From Paraspadella gotoi (taxonomy: Eukaryota > Animalia > Chaetognatha): a DNA stretch of 64,000 nt. The notes under the pieces were generated by a model, which did not search any database, was not told the DNA's origin, and worked only from the letters and a program-made list of their open reading frames with translations. Where the stretch lies: NCBI GenBank assembly GCA_051294375.1, contig CM119270.1:21047775-21111774 (forward strand). Reading direction: 5' to 3'. Made by a program: the position numbers and the translations under genes. Positions 1-32,000 of the stretch are shown here, one piece after another (position 1 is the stretch's first letter; every line of letters starts with the position of its first letter).

Positions 1-1175
1 AATAATTAGAGTTTTTCATACACTACAACGTTTGCGCCATTTTAATATGCTTCAAAATTTGCCATTTCCGACAAAGAAGATGAAATTATACCAAAAAATG
101 GTTATCATCGTCGAATTCTTCAGACCTTATTACAATGAAATAATAATGAATGGAATTAAATATCTTATATTTTGTTATCTTTAAACGTTCTACCCCCCAG
201 TCTTCATTTAAGCCTTCTTCCGGTCCAATGCTGTGACGCCGAATTTCGGGCGAAATGCTCTTCGATGCCCCCTTGCCGTCTGACGGAGCAGCGAAGCTCT
301 CTCGCTCTCTCTCTCTCTCTGGCTGGAAGACTCAGTCAGGATCGGGATCGACAAAAACGACGATAATTTGAACGATGGATTAATTGTTTAAGTTTTCGGT
401 TAGGGATAAGGTTAGTTTAGGGAATAGAGATTAGGGTTAGGGTAAGTGATTAGGGTTAGGGATTAGGGTTAGGGATTAGGGTTAGGAATTAAAGTTAGGT
501 ATTAGGGTTATCTTTTCCTACGCTTTCTGGCTTGCTGGGTGACTCATCGGTCATGACTCAGGATCAAGATCGACAGAAACGACAACGATAATTTGAATGA
601 TGGAGGAAGCAGTTGCGACGGTGAGAGCAACAACAAAAAGAGTGACGCATAAAGCGACGATGGAAGCAGCAAAAGATACGAGTTTTGTGCGTGTGTTTGA
701 GTCCGCTGCTTCAGGAGCCGCAGCAAGGGGGCATCGATGGAAAAAAAAAACTTTTATTCCTGTTAAATATTTTAATTTAAAAATAAGTCAAAATATTTGT
801 ACTTGCACTGCCTCTCCATAGTGAAAATATAATTACTACTTATACTACTCACAGTGCATGCGATGACTTTTAAAGAATTATTCCGTTTTTTCTTGTCAAA
901 TACTTTTTTCTAATTGATTAATTAATTTAAACGTCACTGATTTTTTAGTAGACACATAATGCCATAACTTTTTTTCTAATTTATGTCTTTTTATTTCTAA
1001 AACTTTACAGGAACAAATATTTACCTAGTGATGTAGTGATATCAGATTTAACAATATTTAAAAAGTTTTAAAATTTATGACTAATTGTACCATACATAGC
1101 CCGTGAGATGAAAAAAGAAAATGAGATTGGAAATTTGGATCAGGAAATTGGATTAAGGATTATATATTAGAGTTT

Positions 1176-1445
1176 ATGTTAGGGTTAGGTATTAAGGTCA
1201 AGGGTTAGAGATTAGATTAGGGTTAGGTATTAAGGTCAAGGGTTAGAGATTAGATTAGGGTTAGGTATTAAGGTCAAGGGTTAGAGATTAGATTAGGGTT
1301 AGATATTAAGGTCAAGGGTTCGAGATTAGATTAGGGTTAGGTATTAAGGTCAAGGGTTAGGGATTAGGTTAGGCTTAGGTATTAAGGTCAAGGGTTAGGG
1401 ATTAGGTTAGGCTTAGGTATTAAGGTCAAGGATTAAGGTTAGAGA
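1176..1445. repeat. 35-bp minisatellite of degenerate TTAGGG-like sequence
   Basis: About 7 copies of GGGTTAGGTATTAAGGTCAAGGGTTAGAGATTAGATT-type units. Confidence 0.85.
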
Positions 1446-1629
1446 TCATGGTTAAGCAATAGTTTAAGTATTTCGTAAGAGATTAGGGTTAAATATCTTT
1501 ATTAAAATTAAGTTCGACGATGATGAACTTTATTTGTGCTATTTGTTTTGGCTCACATCTTGCAAATAATAAAACTTCCCGTACAATTTTTTTATTATTT
1601 TATATGATGAATGAAAGTCGTCAAAACTA

Positions 1630-13476
<11,847 letters not shown>

Positions 13477-15441
13477 CGCTTCTCTTTTATTATTTTAACA
13501 CAATTGTATATACTAGTAAATAGAAAATCCAGTTAATAAACTGGACTGTGAGATTGTCTTGATTGAAGATCAGAAAGCTCACCTCAATCCACCATAGCCT
13601 CGTCCAAAGTCAGGGGATCGATTTTTTTTATATCGGTTACCACTTTTATCGGTTGTACCACTTTAATACAAATAAAACTTACCTAACGCTTTACCAAAAT
13701 AAAGTTGAAGCTCTAGTTTGAATAATGGAAAATTATAGTTAATTAACCTTTAACCAACCACGCATTTTCAATTTAGTCTCACCATGTTTGTTGGGTGTAA
13801 CTGAACATAATGAGATAAAAATATATTTAATAATACTTCTTTAAACGTTTAAATATTTTTATACCATTGACGATGACGTATGTCAAAATATATTTTTTGT
13901 TTTTTTGTTTTTTTTGTAATAGCAATGCCTGGTCCATTAAAATAGATTTTATAAATTAATGGCAGTTATAAAACAAAATAGTTGTTCTAAAATATTATCA
14001 AGGATCTTCGATTTTCGAAAGAAAAAAAGATTTTCGTTTCGATGGATGAAGACGAAAGAGAAAAAAAACTCAATTTTTTTTTTTTTTTTTTAATGTTTGT
14101 TTCTTTTAATATTTTTTCTTCTTTTTTGAACATAACTAAAACGATCGTGAGGTGCATCTTTATCATGAATAGTTTATTACATTTTATACTGTTTTAACAT
14201 TAACTTAAACAATTTCTGGTTTTTGGGGTTTTCTTTACGTTTTTAACGTTTTAAGTAGTAATTAAATTAAATAATATTTTACGAAAAGATACTTCCAAGA
14301 AAAGACACCGCTAGACTAAGCCGCTGACGACATGTTTTTTTTTAACAGAAACTTCGTAATCAAATTAAAGACTGACGAAGATGACATAAGATGAATTCAG
14401 TGGTATATAGTATATAGTTAATTTTTAAAATGTAAGATAAAAGTTATTTCTATATTATATATTCTATATTATAGAAATAACTTTTATCTTACATTTTAAA
14501 AATTAATATGTATTTTATAAAGAGGCTTTCAACATCGAATATCCCTTATTTAACTGATTTTCTTTTTTTTCCGTATTATATTAATCAGTTTTTTAGATGA
14601 CAAAATTCGGTGTTAAGATTGAATAAACAGTTAATATTAAATAACTTGTGTACACAAACGACGAGGCTGCTTTTTCGATGAATCCAATTAGTGAGGATTT
14701 GAACTCGCGGTTTTAGTATTACTCGTTATGGTTGATTTTAAAGTCCTAACAAAAATCCATATCGTGTTCAATGTATCTTTTAACCAAATAAGCATCAATG
14801 TAGATAGTTCCATATAGTATATGTTGGAAAACGGAAAAGACGAAAAACCCCGCTCATCAGTATGTAAAGAAGAATTGAAACAGTAACAGCTGTATGTACT
14901 GATGCAGTAAGTGTTTTAAATTATCTTCAAGCATTCTACAAAAATAGATATCATCCACACTACCCAAAAATTATTGTCTATTATTGCTAGAAGATTTTCC
15001 ATTAGAAATACATTGAACTATAACTCTTTTGAAAATTTTTTTTGGTTTCTCTTTTAGCGATGCTGTTTTGTTCAATATCCAAAGTACATAATGATAGACA
15101 TACTAACGCGCCATCTCAGTAGAAATAAAAGAACAATCGAGTTTCAAATTCAATGACTGTTGATAATTTTGTCTCCTTTCCACGCAAAAAGTAATACCAA
15201 ATTCAAGCTTGTTGAATTAAAATTTTATTTAAAAAAATGATTCATAACATTTCAGGCTCATTACTTTAATGATCTTGAGGACAAACAAAATAAAAGTTAT
15301 TAAATAAACGGCCTAATAATAATATAAAATGTATATATATATATAAAATATAAACTATGGACGGTTTGAACGTCAAGAAAACAATTGTACGCTAATTAAA
15401 AGCTTTAATAATTTATCTTGTAGAGCCTAAATCAATATTTA

Positions 15442-21234
<5,793 letters not shown>

Positions 21235-23146
21235 CTTGGGTCACTGTGGAGAGGGACGGATGGATGGACGGATGCAGGGAAGAAATATTTTGATTTTATG
21301 AATAAACTGTAAGAATGTATGTGAGAATATTATTTTATAAAAAAAAAAAATATATGATTACATGAGTATCAGTACAAGAAAGAATGTATTAGTATTTAGT
21401 ATATTAAAAACATTGTATAAAATGGCTGTTTAACACTTTAAGAGTGAATGAAATAAAAATAAAAAATCTAAGAAAAAGTCTTCGCGCATTATATAAAAAT
21501 TAACATAAAGATTATTTAACTTAAAAATTCGCTTCAAAAAAAAATAAAATTTTTACTCACGATTCGATTTTTCTCTCACGAAAAAAATGAAAAAAGTTCG
21601 AATTTCGCTCGTCGATTTTTTATTCTTTTGTTTGTTTTTTTTTATTTTTTTATTTTGTTTATTTTGAGATTTCGATTGACAATGGAGTGTCACACATTTT
21701 ACCAGTTGAGAAAAGAATTAAATCTCTTCACTCGTTTATTATCGACGATGGAAGCAGCGAAAGAGACGAGTTTTGTCCGTGTGTTTGAGTCCGCTGCTTC
21801 AGCAGCCGCAGCAAGGGGGCATCGATGGAAAAAAGTGCCCAAATATTCTCCGCTGTTAATTTAGATTTATTAAATTTAATTTTTTTTTCCCCCTTTTTTT
21901 TCATCTCGAGCTGAACCCCGCTGATGAATTTCAAGTAAATTAGCAAAAAGGTTTTAAAAATTTTTGATAATAAAAATATCTCGTTTAATCGGGCGGATTT
22001 CTCGATCATGTTGGTGACTCTCTCTCTCTCTCTCTCTCTCTGTCTCCCTAAAAAAATATAAAAAAGTTTTTACTTAAATTTATTAATTTAGACAATACTA
22101 GGAATTTTTTTTATTTGTTTTACATAATTACAACTGAACAATTAACATTTAACAATGACTCACGTTTAAGTTAACTCTTACCACTATTATTCCGGTTCAT
22201 ATCGTTTTCACCCTTACATCTTTGTTGTTTCCATTTTCCCTTCTTGGTTATTATATTTGCCCTTAGTTTTGCCCTTATTCTTCTTGTCATTCGTGCCCTT
22301 TTGCATACGCCCATAAGTTTGCCCTTAGGTATTTACTCTTCATTTCTTTGCCCTTATCCTCGCCCTTGCTCGTACCTTTGCCCTTCTTCTTGCCCTTATC
22401 TTTTTCATATCATTGCCCTTATTCTAGCTCAAATCCTTACCCTTATCTTCTTTATCATATCTGACCTTATCTTCACCCTCAATTTTGCACTAACATTTGC
22501 ATTCTCCTTGTCCTTATCTTTTTAAATCCTTGCCCTTATTCTGGCCTCAATCTTTGCCCTTCTTGATCATCTTTGCCATTATCTTTGCCCTTTTTAATCA
22601 TCTTTGCCCTTTTCTTTACCCTCATTTCTGCTCCTTTATCCCAGAACTCAACAAATCCGCCATCAAATTTTTTCTCGTTTGTCTTTCGCTTCTCGAGACT
22701 TCGCGTCCGAAGGTGAGCGGCGCTGCAGCGGCTGAAACGGTGGCGGCGTCTGCGGCGGACTTGGAGGATTCGTCGCCTTCGAACCTGCGAGGGACGAGGT
22801 CATTGGGGTTGGGGGCGTTTGGAGAATCCTCGGTCGTTTGTTGTAAGACAAGGATGTACAATGATTTAGGGTCTTAATGTAAATCTTATCGCGAATTCTA
22901 TTTATTGTAGTGCTGACTGTTAAGCTTAGAGCTTCACATATTGATGAATTTTGGAGCAAAATAATGAAGACGACGACGACGATGATGAATCAAATCTGCC
23001 TTTCGCCTTTGACCACAAAACACCGAAACAATACTTAAGTGCCCCTTCACTTTATTTTACTTTATTTTACTTTATTTTACTTTATTTTACTTTATTTTTC
23101 TTTACTTTACTTTACTTTACTTTACTTTACTTTACTTTACTTTACT

Positions 23147-24988
23147 TTACTTTACTTTTCGTTTCTTCACTCGCCTCATCTCCGGACACTCAACATCCGC
23201 CGCGCACGTTTCCGGCTTCCTCTCGGTCACGACCGGCGCTTTCCGGCACTTCTTCTCGATGACGTCGTCCGCGTCGGCAAAGAGCCGAGCCTCCAGCGTC
23301 GCGCGCCACTCGCGCATCCGCTGCAGCAGGCATCGCTTGACTCCCGCCTCGTCGGAGGTGCTGAAGACGCGCTGCAGCGGAGAACGCTGGCTCTGCTGCT
23401 GCAGAGGCGACGGACGCTGCTGCTGCTGCTGGTTGGCGACGAAATCGTCGGTTTCTTCGAAGATGACTCGACCGTCGGAGGAATAGCGGAGAGGGAGGTC
23501 GAATCTGGTGGGGGTGGTAGTGGTGGTTTGGGGGGATTGTGGTCGGATGTGGAGGGTGGAAGAAGAGTGGGGAATATATAGGAAATTATATATAACCCAG
23601 TCAGCCTATACCCGATACGATGTCAAAATTTCTAATCTTTTTTTTGTTTAATTCTGAAAACATTCAGATTCCTTGTATTAAAATTGGGTCTTATAATTTT
23701 AAAAAATTTCATTTTAGCCTATTATATACTTGTTACTATGTAAAAATATAGTTCTTTGATTAATGGGTTTTTTAGTCGGATCTGCTTATCAGCAGATCCG
23801 ACTCTATAACTCACTTTTTATAACTCACTTTTTCGGTCCGTCGGTCCGCCCCCTCAATATTGTCGGGCACACACTTATATCATGTCAGAACATCGAATTA
23901 TGATAAATTATGCAAAAAAAATGATGTCCGTCCGTCCGTCCGTCCGTCCGTCCGTCCGTCCGTCCGTCCGTCGTCCGTCCGTCCGTCCGTCCGTCCCACC
24001 TTAGCAAAAAACACCAATTACTCGTGATTGGATGGATGTATTTAAATGAAATTTTGTGTGTGGATAGGTAAGTGTGTGATTGAGCTGGATATTAAGTTTC
24101 GATGGAATCGTCGAGTGGAAATGAGTTTAAATGGAAAAAACAAAAAAAATATATTCACTATTTGAACACCAATTGCTCATGAGTGGATGGGCTGATTGAC
24201 CTGGAATTTTGTATGTGGGTAGGAAAGTGTGAGATTGAACAGGAAATCAAGTTTCGATGGAATAGTTTGAGTGGAAATGAGTTTAAATGGAAAAAAACAA
24301 AAAACCTGTTTTACTAATTGATTATGCTTCTTTTTCCTTTTATATTAAATGTATCTGCAGGATGTATTAATAAATCAAATAATTAATCAGTTAATTAATC
24401 AATTAGTAAATAAATTAATCAATAATTAATTAATTAGTCAATCAATCCGTCCATCCGTCCCATCTTAGCAAAAAGCTCCAATAACTCGTGATTGGCTGGT
24501 TGGATTGGAATTAAATTTTGTGTGTGGGTAGGAAAGTGTGTGATAAAGCTGGATATAAAATTTCGATGGAATCGTGTGAGTGGAAATTAGTTTAAATGGA
24601 AAAAACATAAGTCGAATTTACTAAAATCTTTTTACTTATTTTAACCAATAAATACTCCAATTAATCATAATTGGATGGATAGATTGAGTTGAAATTTTGT
24701 GTGTGGGTAGGAAAACGTATGACGAAGCTTGATATAAAGTTTCAGTGGAAACGTACCAGTGGAAATGAGTTTAAATGAAAAAAATATGAGTCACATTTAC
24801 TTGAATCTTTTTATTTATTCTAACCCATGATAGATTGAGATGAAATTTTGTGAGCCGGTAGGAAAGTGAGTGAAGAAGCTAGATATAAAGTTTTGACGGA
24901 ATGCAAGCTGAAAAAATGATGCAAGTTGAAAAAATGATGCAAGTTAAAAAAATTTTAAAAGCATAAGGATCGTCGCTATTGCATAAAA

Positions 24989-25019
<31 letters not shown>

Positions 25020-25426
25020 GAGAGAGAGAGAGAGAGTGAGAGAGAAGAGAGAGAGTGAGAGAGAGAGAGAGAGAAGGAGACATAAAATAAAAAAATCTTA
25101 AAAGACTCAAGATCGAGCCAGAGCCCACTATCATAGAAAATTAATGAAAAAAACCGGGAAAAAAAACGAATGAATCATGCGATAACGAATTGTTGATGTA
25201 CTAGTAATTGATTGAGGTAATACTAATTGATTGATGTAATAGTAATTTATTGATGTAATAGGAATTGATTATTGATTCGATGATAATCAATTATTGATGC
25301 GATGATAGTCATTCACTGCTGTGATGATAGTCATTCAGTGATGCGATGATTGTCATTCATTGATTCGATGATTGTCATTCATTGATGCGATGATAGTCAA
25401 TAAAACAAACAAATGCGTGTATGAGT

Positions 25427-25471
<45 letters not shown>

Positions 25472-25972
25472 AAGAAGAGAGAGAAAGAAGAGAGAGAGAG
25501 AAGAGAAGAGAGAGAGAGAGAAAAGAAAGAGAATAAATCCAAGAAATCTCGGATGAAAATATGGGATTTTGTATTGAAAAAAAAGCGCGGAATAAATGGC
25601 AATAATAAAAAGTTTTTAGAAGGAAAAAAATAATCAGAATTTTTCAAAAAACAAACGATCACGCAAAAGATCGGACAGATAGGGACAGACACACACAGAG
25701 AGACAGAGAGAGAGAGAGAAAAAGAGAGAGAGAGAGAGACAGCCGCTGCAGAGAAAAAGAGAAAGAGAAGAGCGATATATAATAATTAAAAGAGAGAGAG
25801 AGAGAGAAGCTCTACAGCCCCTTTACTCGTTAAAGAATCAGCAGTACTTATGGCGCCGCACGTAGCGTGAGCTATTCTCTACCCAAAGGACCCGGGTTCG
25901 CGCCCTGTTCGCGGCATCGTTTTTTACATTAGTGAACCCAATTATATCTAAAAAATTTTTTGTAAAAAAGAG

Positions 25973-26008
<36 letters not shown>

Positions 26009-29000
26009 AGCTGGACAGACGCTGCAGAGCCGGAACTCGTTTTTAGAAGAAGCAGTGACGGAGAAAAAGAGAGAGAGAGAGAGCGACATATAATTAAAAC
26101 GTTTTTGTTTTGTAAATAAAACATAAACAAATACCATATTGATATGAAACATGAGAATTTTAAAGATCTTGATGATTAGAAGCCATATATGAAAATTCAA
26201 CTCCCTATGATATCACACTTTCAGAAGCCATGATTGCAAAAAAGCGAGACCGAAAGCTAAACCGAAAAAAAATCTAGACAGGACGGCTTTGCCCGCCTGG
26301 CTCGATAATAGAGGATATTTGTTGGTTTTGATAAAATGTAAACAAAACATTTAATAACTGTCCTGACTCAATTTTAAGGACATCGATGATGACAAGCTGA
26401 ATATAAATTATAATTAATCTATTAATTAATTAATTAATTAATTAATCTATTAATTAATTAATTATTAATTAATTAATTAATTTAATTAATTAATTAATCA
26501 ATTAATTAATTATTATCGTAGGCAGATCCGACATTGTTTGCTCAAACTTGTTTTTTCATAACTGACCTAAAGGATTTGTCGTTCAAAAAAGCTTCTTCCT
26601 CTTTCGTCGCCTCTCGACCCATAATTTCGTTTCGATGAGGAAATCGTCCGAATTTTGCGACCACCTGATACCGAACATCGAATTACAAAATTACAGGTTG
26701 TTTTTCTTCAAACAGAAGACAATGGAAAAAGTGATCGTTAAAGAATACTGCAGAAAATTGTTTAAGATTTTCTATGCCCGCTAGGTTGAGCGTTCCAGAC
26801 CGTTCTAGACCGCGGAAAGAAACTGGTCGGTTAAGGTCAAGTTAAAAAAATGACCGCCGGGGTAATATTTGTCAAATACAGAGCATTAGTAATCTATCAA
26901 AGCGATTCAATCACCCTGTAACGGCCTGACCTTGAGATGATTTAAAAATATCATCCCGAACATTCTGAGCTGATCATCCTGTGGCAGAGTGTTCTGGATC
27001 AGATGGCACCAGATGTCGACGCAGAGTTCTTGGTGATGAAATAGCTCGGAGTGAGTGAATACCAGGCAGGGAAGAAAGATGGCCTGATAGTGATAAGAAT
27101 ATCATTAAATCTTAAGAAATAAAGTGAAACCGATTGTAAAATTTCATTAAATTTGTAGTACGATATTAATGTAAGTTATAAAGACAAAAAGAGAATATTT
27201 CGCTAAATTAAAGAGCAACTGATACATAATAATTAATATATAACAAACAATCACTTTATTATATATATATAATAAAGTGATTGTTTGTTTTCTTTCTTTC
27301 GTTTCATTTGGCGAATTAGTTTAAAGTAAGAAATTCATATGTTTGTTTACGTCTTTTTTTTTTTTTGAAACCGAAAAATAACGGTTGAAGAGACAGTAAT
27401 TATTGATTTGTGTTAGTGACAGAAACCGTTCAATATAAGCAGTCCTGAGCTTCGGATAAGGCTGTAACACCATGTTACAGGCGGGTTAAGCGCCCGTCCC
27501 TCTTAACTGCTTGGCGGCCACCGGGCTAGAACCCCGGAACTTTGGGTTGGGAGGCGAATGACATGCCTCCGGCCACAATGGCCGCTGATGAAACGGTTTT
27601 TAGTCCACCTCATATCATCCCCGTATGGGAGAAGTCTGTTGCGTTCTCTTCAGTGAATTGTTGTTGTGGAAAGTTCGTCACCAAGTTGAGGCATGTCACC
27701 TGATGTGTTGTGGGCGGAAAGTGCATCGCCAGGTTGAGGCATGTCGCCTGAAAGTGTTGTTGCTGTTGTGTTCGGAAGTCGGGCTCACCAATGAAGAAGA
27801 CAGTAATTATTGATTTGTGTTAGTGACAGAACCGTTCAATATAAGCAGTCCCTGAGCTTCGGATCAGGCTGTAACACCATGTTACAGGGGGTTAAGCGCC
27901 CCGTCCCTCTTAACTGCTAGGCGGCCACCGGGCTAGAACCCCGGACCTTTGGTTGGGAGGCAAATGACTTGCCTCCCGCACCAATGGCCGCTGATGAACG
28001 GTTGGTGGATTTTAGTCCACCATATACATCCCCCCTCCCCGTAGGGAGAAGTCTGTTGCATCTCTTCAGTGAATTGTTGTTGGTGGAAAGTGCGTCACCA
28101 AGTTGAGGCATGTTGCCTGATATGTTGTTGGGCGAAAGTGCATCGCCAGGTTGAGGCATGTCGCCTGAAAGTGTTGTTGCTGTTGTGTTCGGAAGTCGGC
28201 TCACCAATGAAGAGACAGTAATTATTGATTTGTGTTAGTGACAGAACCGTTCAATATAAGCAGTCCCTAGCTTCGATCAGGCTGTACAACCATGTTACAG
28301 GCGGGTTAAGCGCCCCGTCCCTCTTAACTGCTAGGGCGCCACCGGGCTAGAACCCCGGACCTTTGGGTTGGGAGGCAAATGAACAAATGAACGGTTGGTG
28401 GATTTTAGTCCACCATACGGTCTTCATTAGCTATAAAAAAAAAGTCGAAACATGTCCGTCTTTCCCTGTTTCAAAATAAAATCGTTGTTGTAAACAAACA
28501 AAAGAACTTCTTACTTCAAGCATAAAGTAATCAACATTTTTTTCAGGTCTCATAATTAAAAATAACAATAATTATTTCTAAATTCTTTGACAATTGAATT
28601 ACATACGTAAGTTATCATCATCGACGTCGTCTGACTTTTCATTTTCCTCAATATTTTTTTTTTTTTTTGTCATATTTTTTGGTCACCAGTGACAAATCTG
28701 CCAACGTTGGTTATTATCACAATAATTTGTGGGTGTCATCGCCGTCCTACGCCAACCTGCAGCGGCGTCAAGTAACGATGATAGTTGTTGTACAAGGCCT
28801 TGGCGCAAACGGCTTGGGCCTTGGCATCGGTGGCGTACATCTGCCGTTGATGGCGGAAGATGTTGCGAGGAAATTGATCTAAGAGAATCACAAGAGCGAG
28901 ACACTCGAGAGGATCGGCCGTCCAATCGTCGAGGTCGCCCTTTGCCGCCTTCACCACCATGCCGCTATGAAAAATAACAACAGCATAACTTTGCAGCATC

Positions 29001-32000
29001 TACAACATCTCCAGCATCCATAACCTCGCAGTACCCACCCAAACTTGACCCTGATCTCTTCGTCCAAAGTCGGACTCTTCCCAAACCACAACAGCATCAC
29101 TTTACAGCATCTCCAGCATCCATGACATCACAGTACCCACCCAAACTTGACCCTGATCTCTTCGTCCAAAGTCGGACTCTTCCCAAACCACAACATCATC
29201 GCCTCCGTCATGTTGCCAGGAAACCAAAAGTCAAGAATCGCCCGCGCGTCAGGATCAATGCTGCCCGACAGAATTTCCAGGGTGAGGCGTTGTCGGTCGA
29301 GCAGGCCGCCACCGTCGCAGGGCACCTTTGTAGATTGGACGTGAGAGGAGGGAATAAAAACATGTTATTTGTTTAATAAAAATGCAAAAAAGGTAAAAAT
29401 ATGAATATTTAATTAAACTTCTCGGTCATATTTTCCAAAATGTTTAGATAATTGAGGTTAGTGTTTTGAAATTTAACGTTTAAGAAAAAGGGTCATTCAA
29501 TTCAACTTCAAAATAGGCTAAATGGAGTACAAATTCAGAAAGCTGAGCTCTTGGCGATTCCGAAAATGTATTCACTTTAAGCATTTGATGCATTCTACCC
29601 CATTTTATATCGTTTTAATTATAATATAAAATAAAAGAAACCTATCTGAAGAGTTGCAGGTCAAACGAAAAAGGCCAATCCATCTGATATTTTTTATGAA
29701 TTTTTATTACTGAATTAGAAAAATGTAATAGAGAGACATTTTTTAAATTTCAACTGTATCCTTGAAAATGAAACGTTTTTAAACTTTAACCCTGAATTCT
29801 TTCTAACTGGAACGCGTTTATCAAACTGTCTCTCTATTACATTTTTCAATGTTTTTAAGATTGCTAATCAAATTTTTAATTCAATATTATTGCAGTCGTT
29901 TACGCTGCAACTCTTCAAATTCAGTGTAGATTCATTGTAGTCGAATTTCTTTACCATCTATTTAACTGAAGATTTTGTTCATGACTGGAAAACCAACAGA
30001 GTAACGAGATTAATTGTTTAATTCTCCCCTTCTAACTATCCCATACCGTGTTTTAAACTTCTTACCTAGAATTTTTTAACAACCAGATTGAAAAACAAAA
30101 TCTTTAAAAATGTGCTTACCCATTTAACTTAACAATTTTGTTATTTACCCATTTAAAAAAATTATTGAAAACGGAATGTTTACATATAAATAAGAACTTT
30201 TTTTTTGTGATTACTGATGACTATAATGTATTCTCGATATATTAGCTCTACACAATCATGATTACGATTTTAATTAGGAATTTAGAATATTATAGTTATG
30301 GATTAAGTTTAGAGATTAGGATTAGTGTAAATGGTTAAGGGGATTAGAGTTATGGATTAAGGTTAGAGATTAGGATTAGTGTAAACGGTTAAGGGGATTA
30401 GTGTTAAGGATTAAGGTTAGAGATAGGGATTAAAATTAGCGTATGGTTTATGGATTTGGTTAAAAATAAAAGTTAAATAGTTTATGGTTAAATTTAAGCT
30501 AAGAATAGGTAATAAAAAATGGGGCACTTTCAAGTAATTGTGCCCAATTTGGTGAAGGGTAAAAAGAAATTGTTTAATTCGAATGTCATTTCAAGGTCAT
30601 TTGAAGTCATTTCGAATAACCGTATTAACAGACTTTTGTCTGACCTGTATTGGGCAGTAGGCGAGTCCCTGCTGCCCTGCCTTGACCTTCTCATGCGCCC
30701 TGACTTTCGCCTCACCTGAGTAGGGCAGTAAGCGAGTCCCTGCTGCCCTGCCTTGGCCTTCTCATGCGCCCTGACTTGCTGTTTGATGTAAACCTTGAGC
30801 GATTCTTCCATCGTGAGTTTCCCTTCTTGATGCGCCACCGAATCGGGCGCCTGTAGAGAAAAAAAATTGACGCATGAATGAACTAGGAAATTGTAAAAAT
30901 AGATATTTTGAGTAGATTATTATTGATTAAAAATAGAACGAACGAACGAACGAACGAATGAACGAACGAACGAGCGAACAAACGAACGAACGAACGAGCG
31001 AACAAACGAACGAACGAATGAACTCACCCCAAACCTCACCTCATCGTCCACACCCTGACAAACGTGATCGGCGAGAAATTCGTCAAACTCTGCAGCATCG
31101 AGTCCGCCGCTTCCGTCGCAGTCAACAGCGTGGAACCGGTCGCGGATGCAGTCGCTGTCTACCACGCAGAGCTTCAGTTCCTGCGTGATTGTGTGTGTGT
31201 TGGAGAGTGGAAGGGAGTCAATGATTCTTTCTACAATCGAGACAGTTTTTTTTTCCGCTCAATACAGCAAAACTCTCTTAGCTACAATACAGGGAGGTCC
31301 GGCTCTTTTGGGACTAACTACAAGTACTTTCAGCACAAAAACGGTTATTGATAGAACAAAAAAGAGACAATGTTTGGAAACTTGGCTAATTTTTTTTTTT
31401 TGATCGATATCAAAAAAGTCATTAAAATTAAAATATCAAAATTATTCGCGCCACTTCCTTACAAATTTTTTAAGGAAATTTTAGCAAAAAAATTTGGATT
31501 GAAGACACAGTAATTATTATTATGTGTTAATGACAGAACCGTTCAATATATGCAGTCCCTGAGCTTCGGATCAGGCTGTAACACCATGTTACAGGCGGGT
31601 TAAGCGCCCCGTCCCTCTTAACTGCCAGACGACCACCGGGCTAGAACCCCGGACCTTTGGGTTGGGAGGCGAATGACTTGCCTCCGGCATCAATGGCCGC
31701 TGATGAACGGTTGGTGATTTTAGTCCACCATAGGATGAAGGAAAGTGATTTCTGACTTTTAACCGCGCCATTTTTTGACTGCTATCCCCCTGATTAATGA
31801 AAATGTAGGATAGAGAAGCAGAATGTCCCACGCATCCCCTCTTGAACTGTCAACTTTCTGACAGCAACAACAATGACAGAAATGACAGCATTCCCAATGG
31901 GCGCGGTCGCAAAAGCATATGGCACCTTCTCTCAGCACTTGAAAAAGGTCAAGGTTGACAAAGGTGGATCTTTTTAAAAGATTGTATTATCGTTTTAACT

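Noticed and set aside
398-1490. Telomere or chromosome end (also about 30295-30510, 39585-39810, 50030-50130)
   Set aside because: Degenerate, short, internal TTAGGG-like tracts in both orientations, not a pure terminal array.
27985-28060. Hammerhead ribozyme (retrozyme) in the TRIM LTR, prompted by CTGATGA
   Set aside because: No stem II followed by GAAA and no matching cleavage triplet could be built by eye. An Infernal search would settle it.
27625-28207. Short ORFs within the TRIM copies (also 48037-48357)
   Set aside because: Frames are not conserved between copies and show no gag/pol motifs.
26567-29325. Bacterial contamination as the source of DUF924
   Set aside because: The domain is split by canonical spliceosomal introns that contain host repeats.
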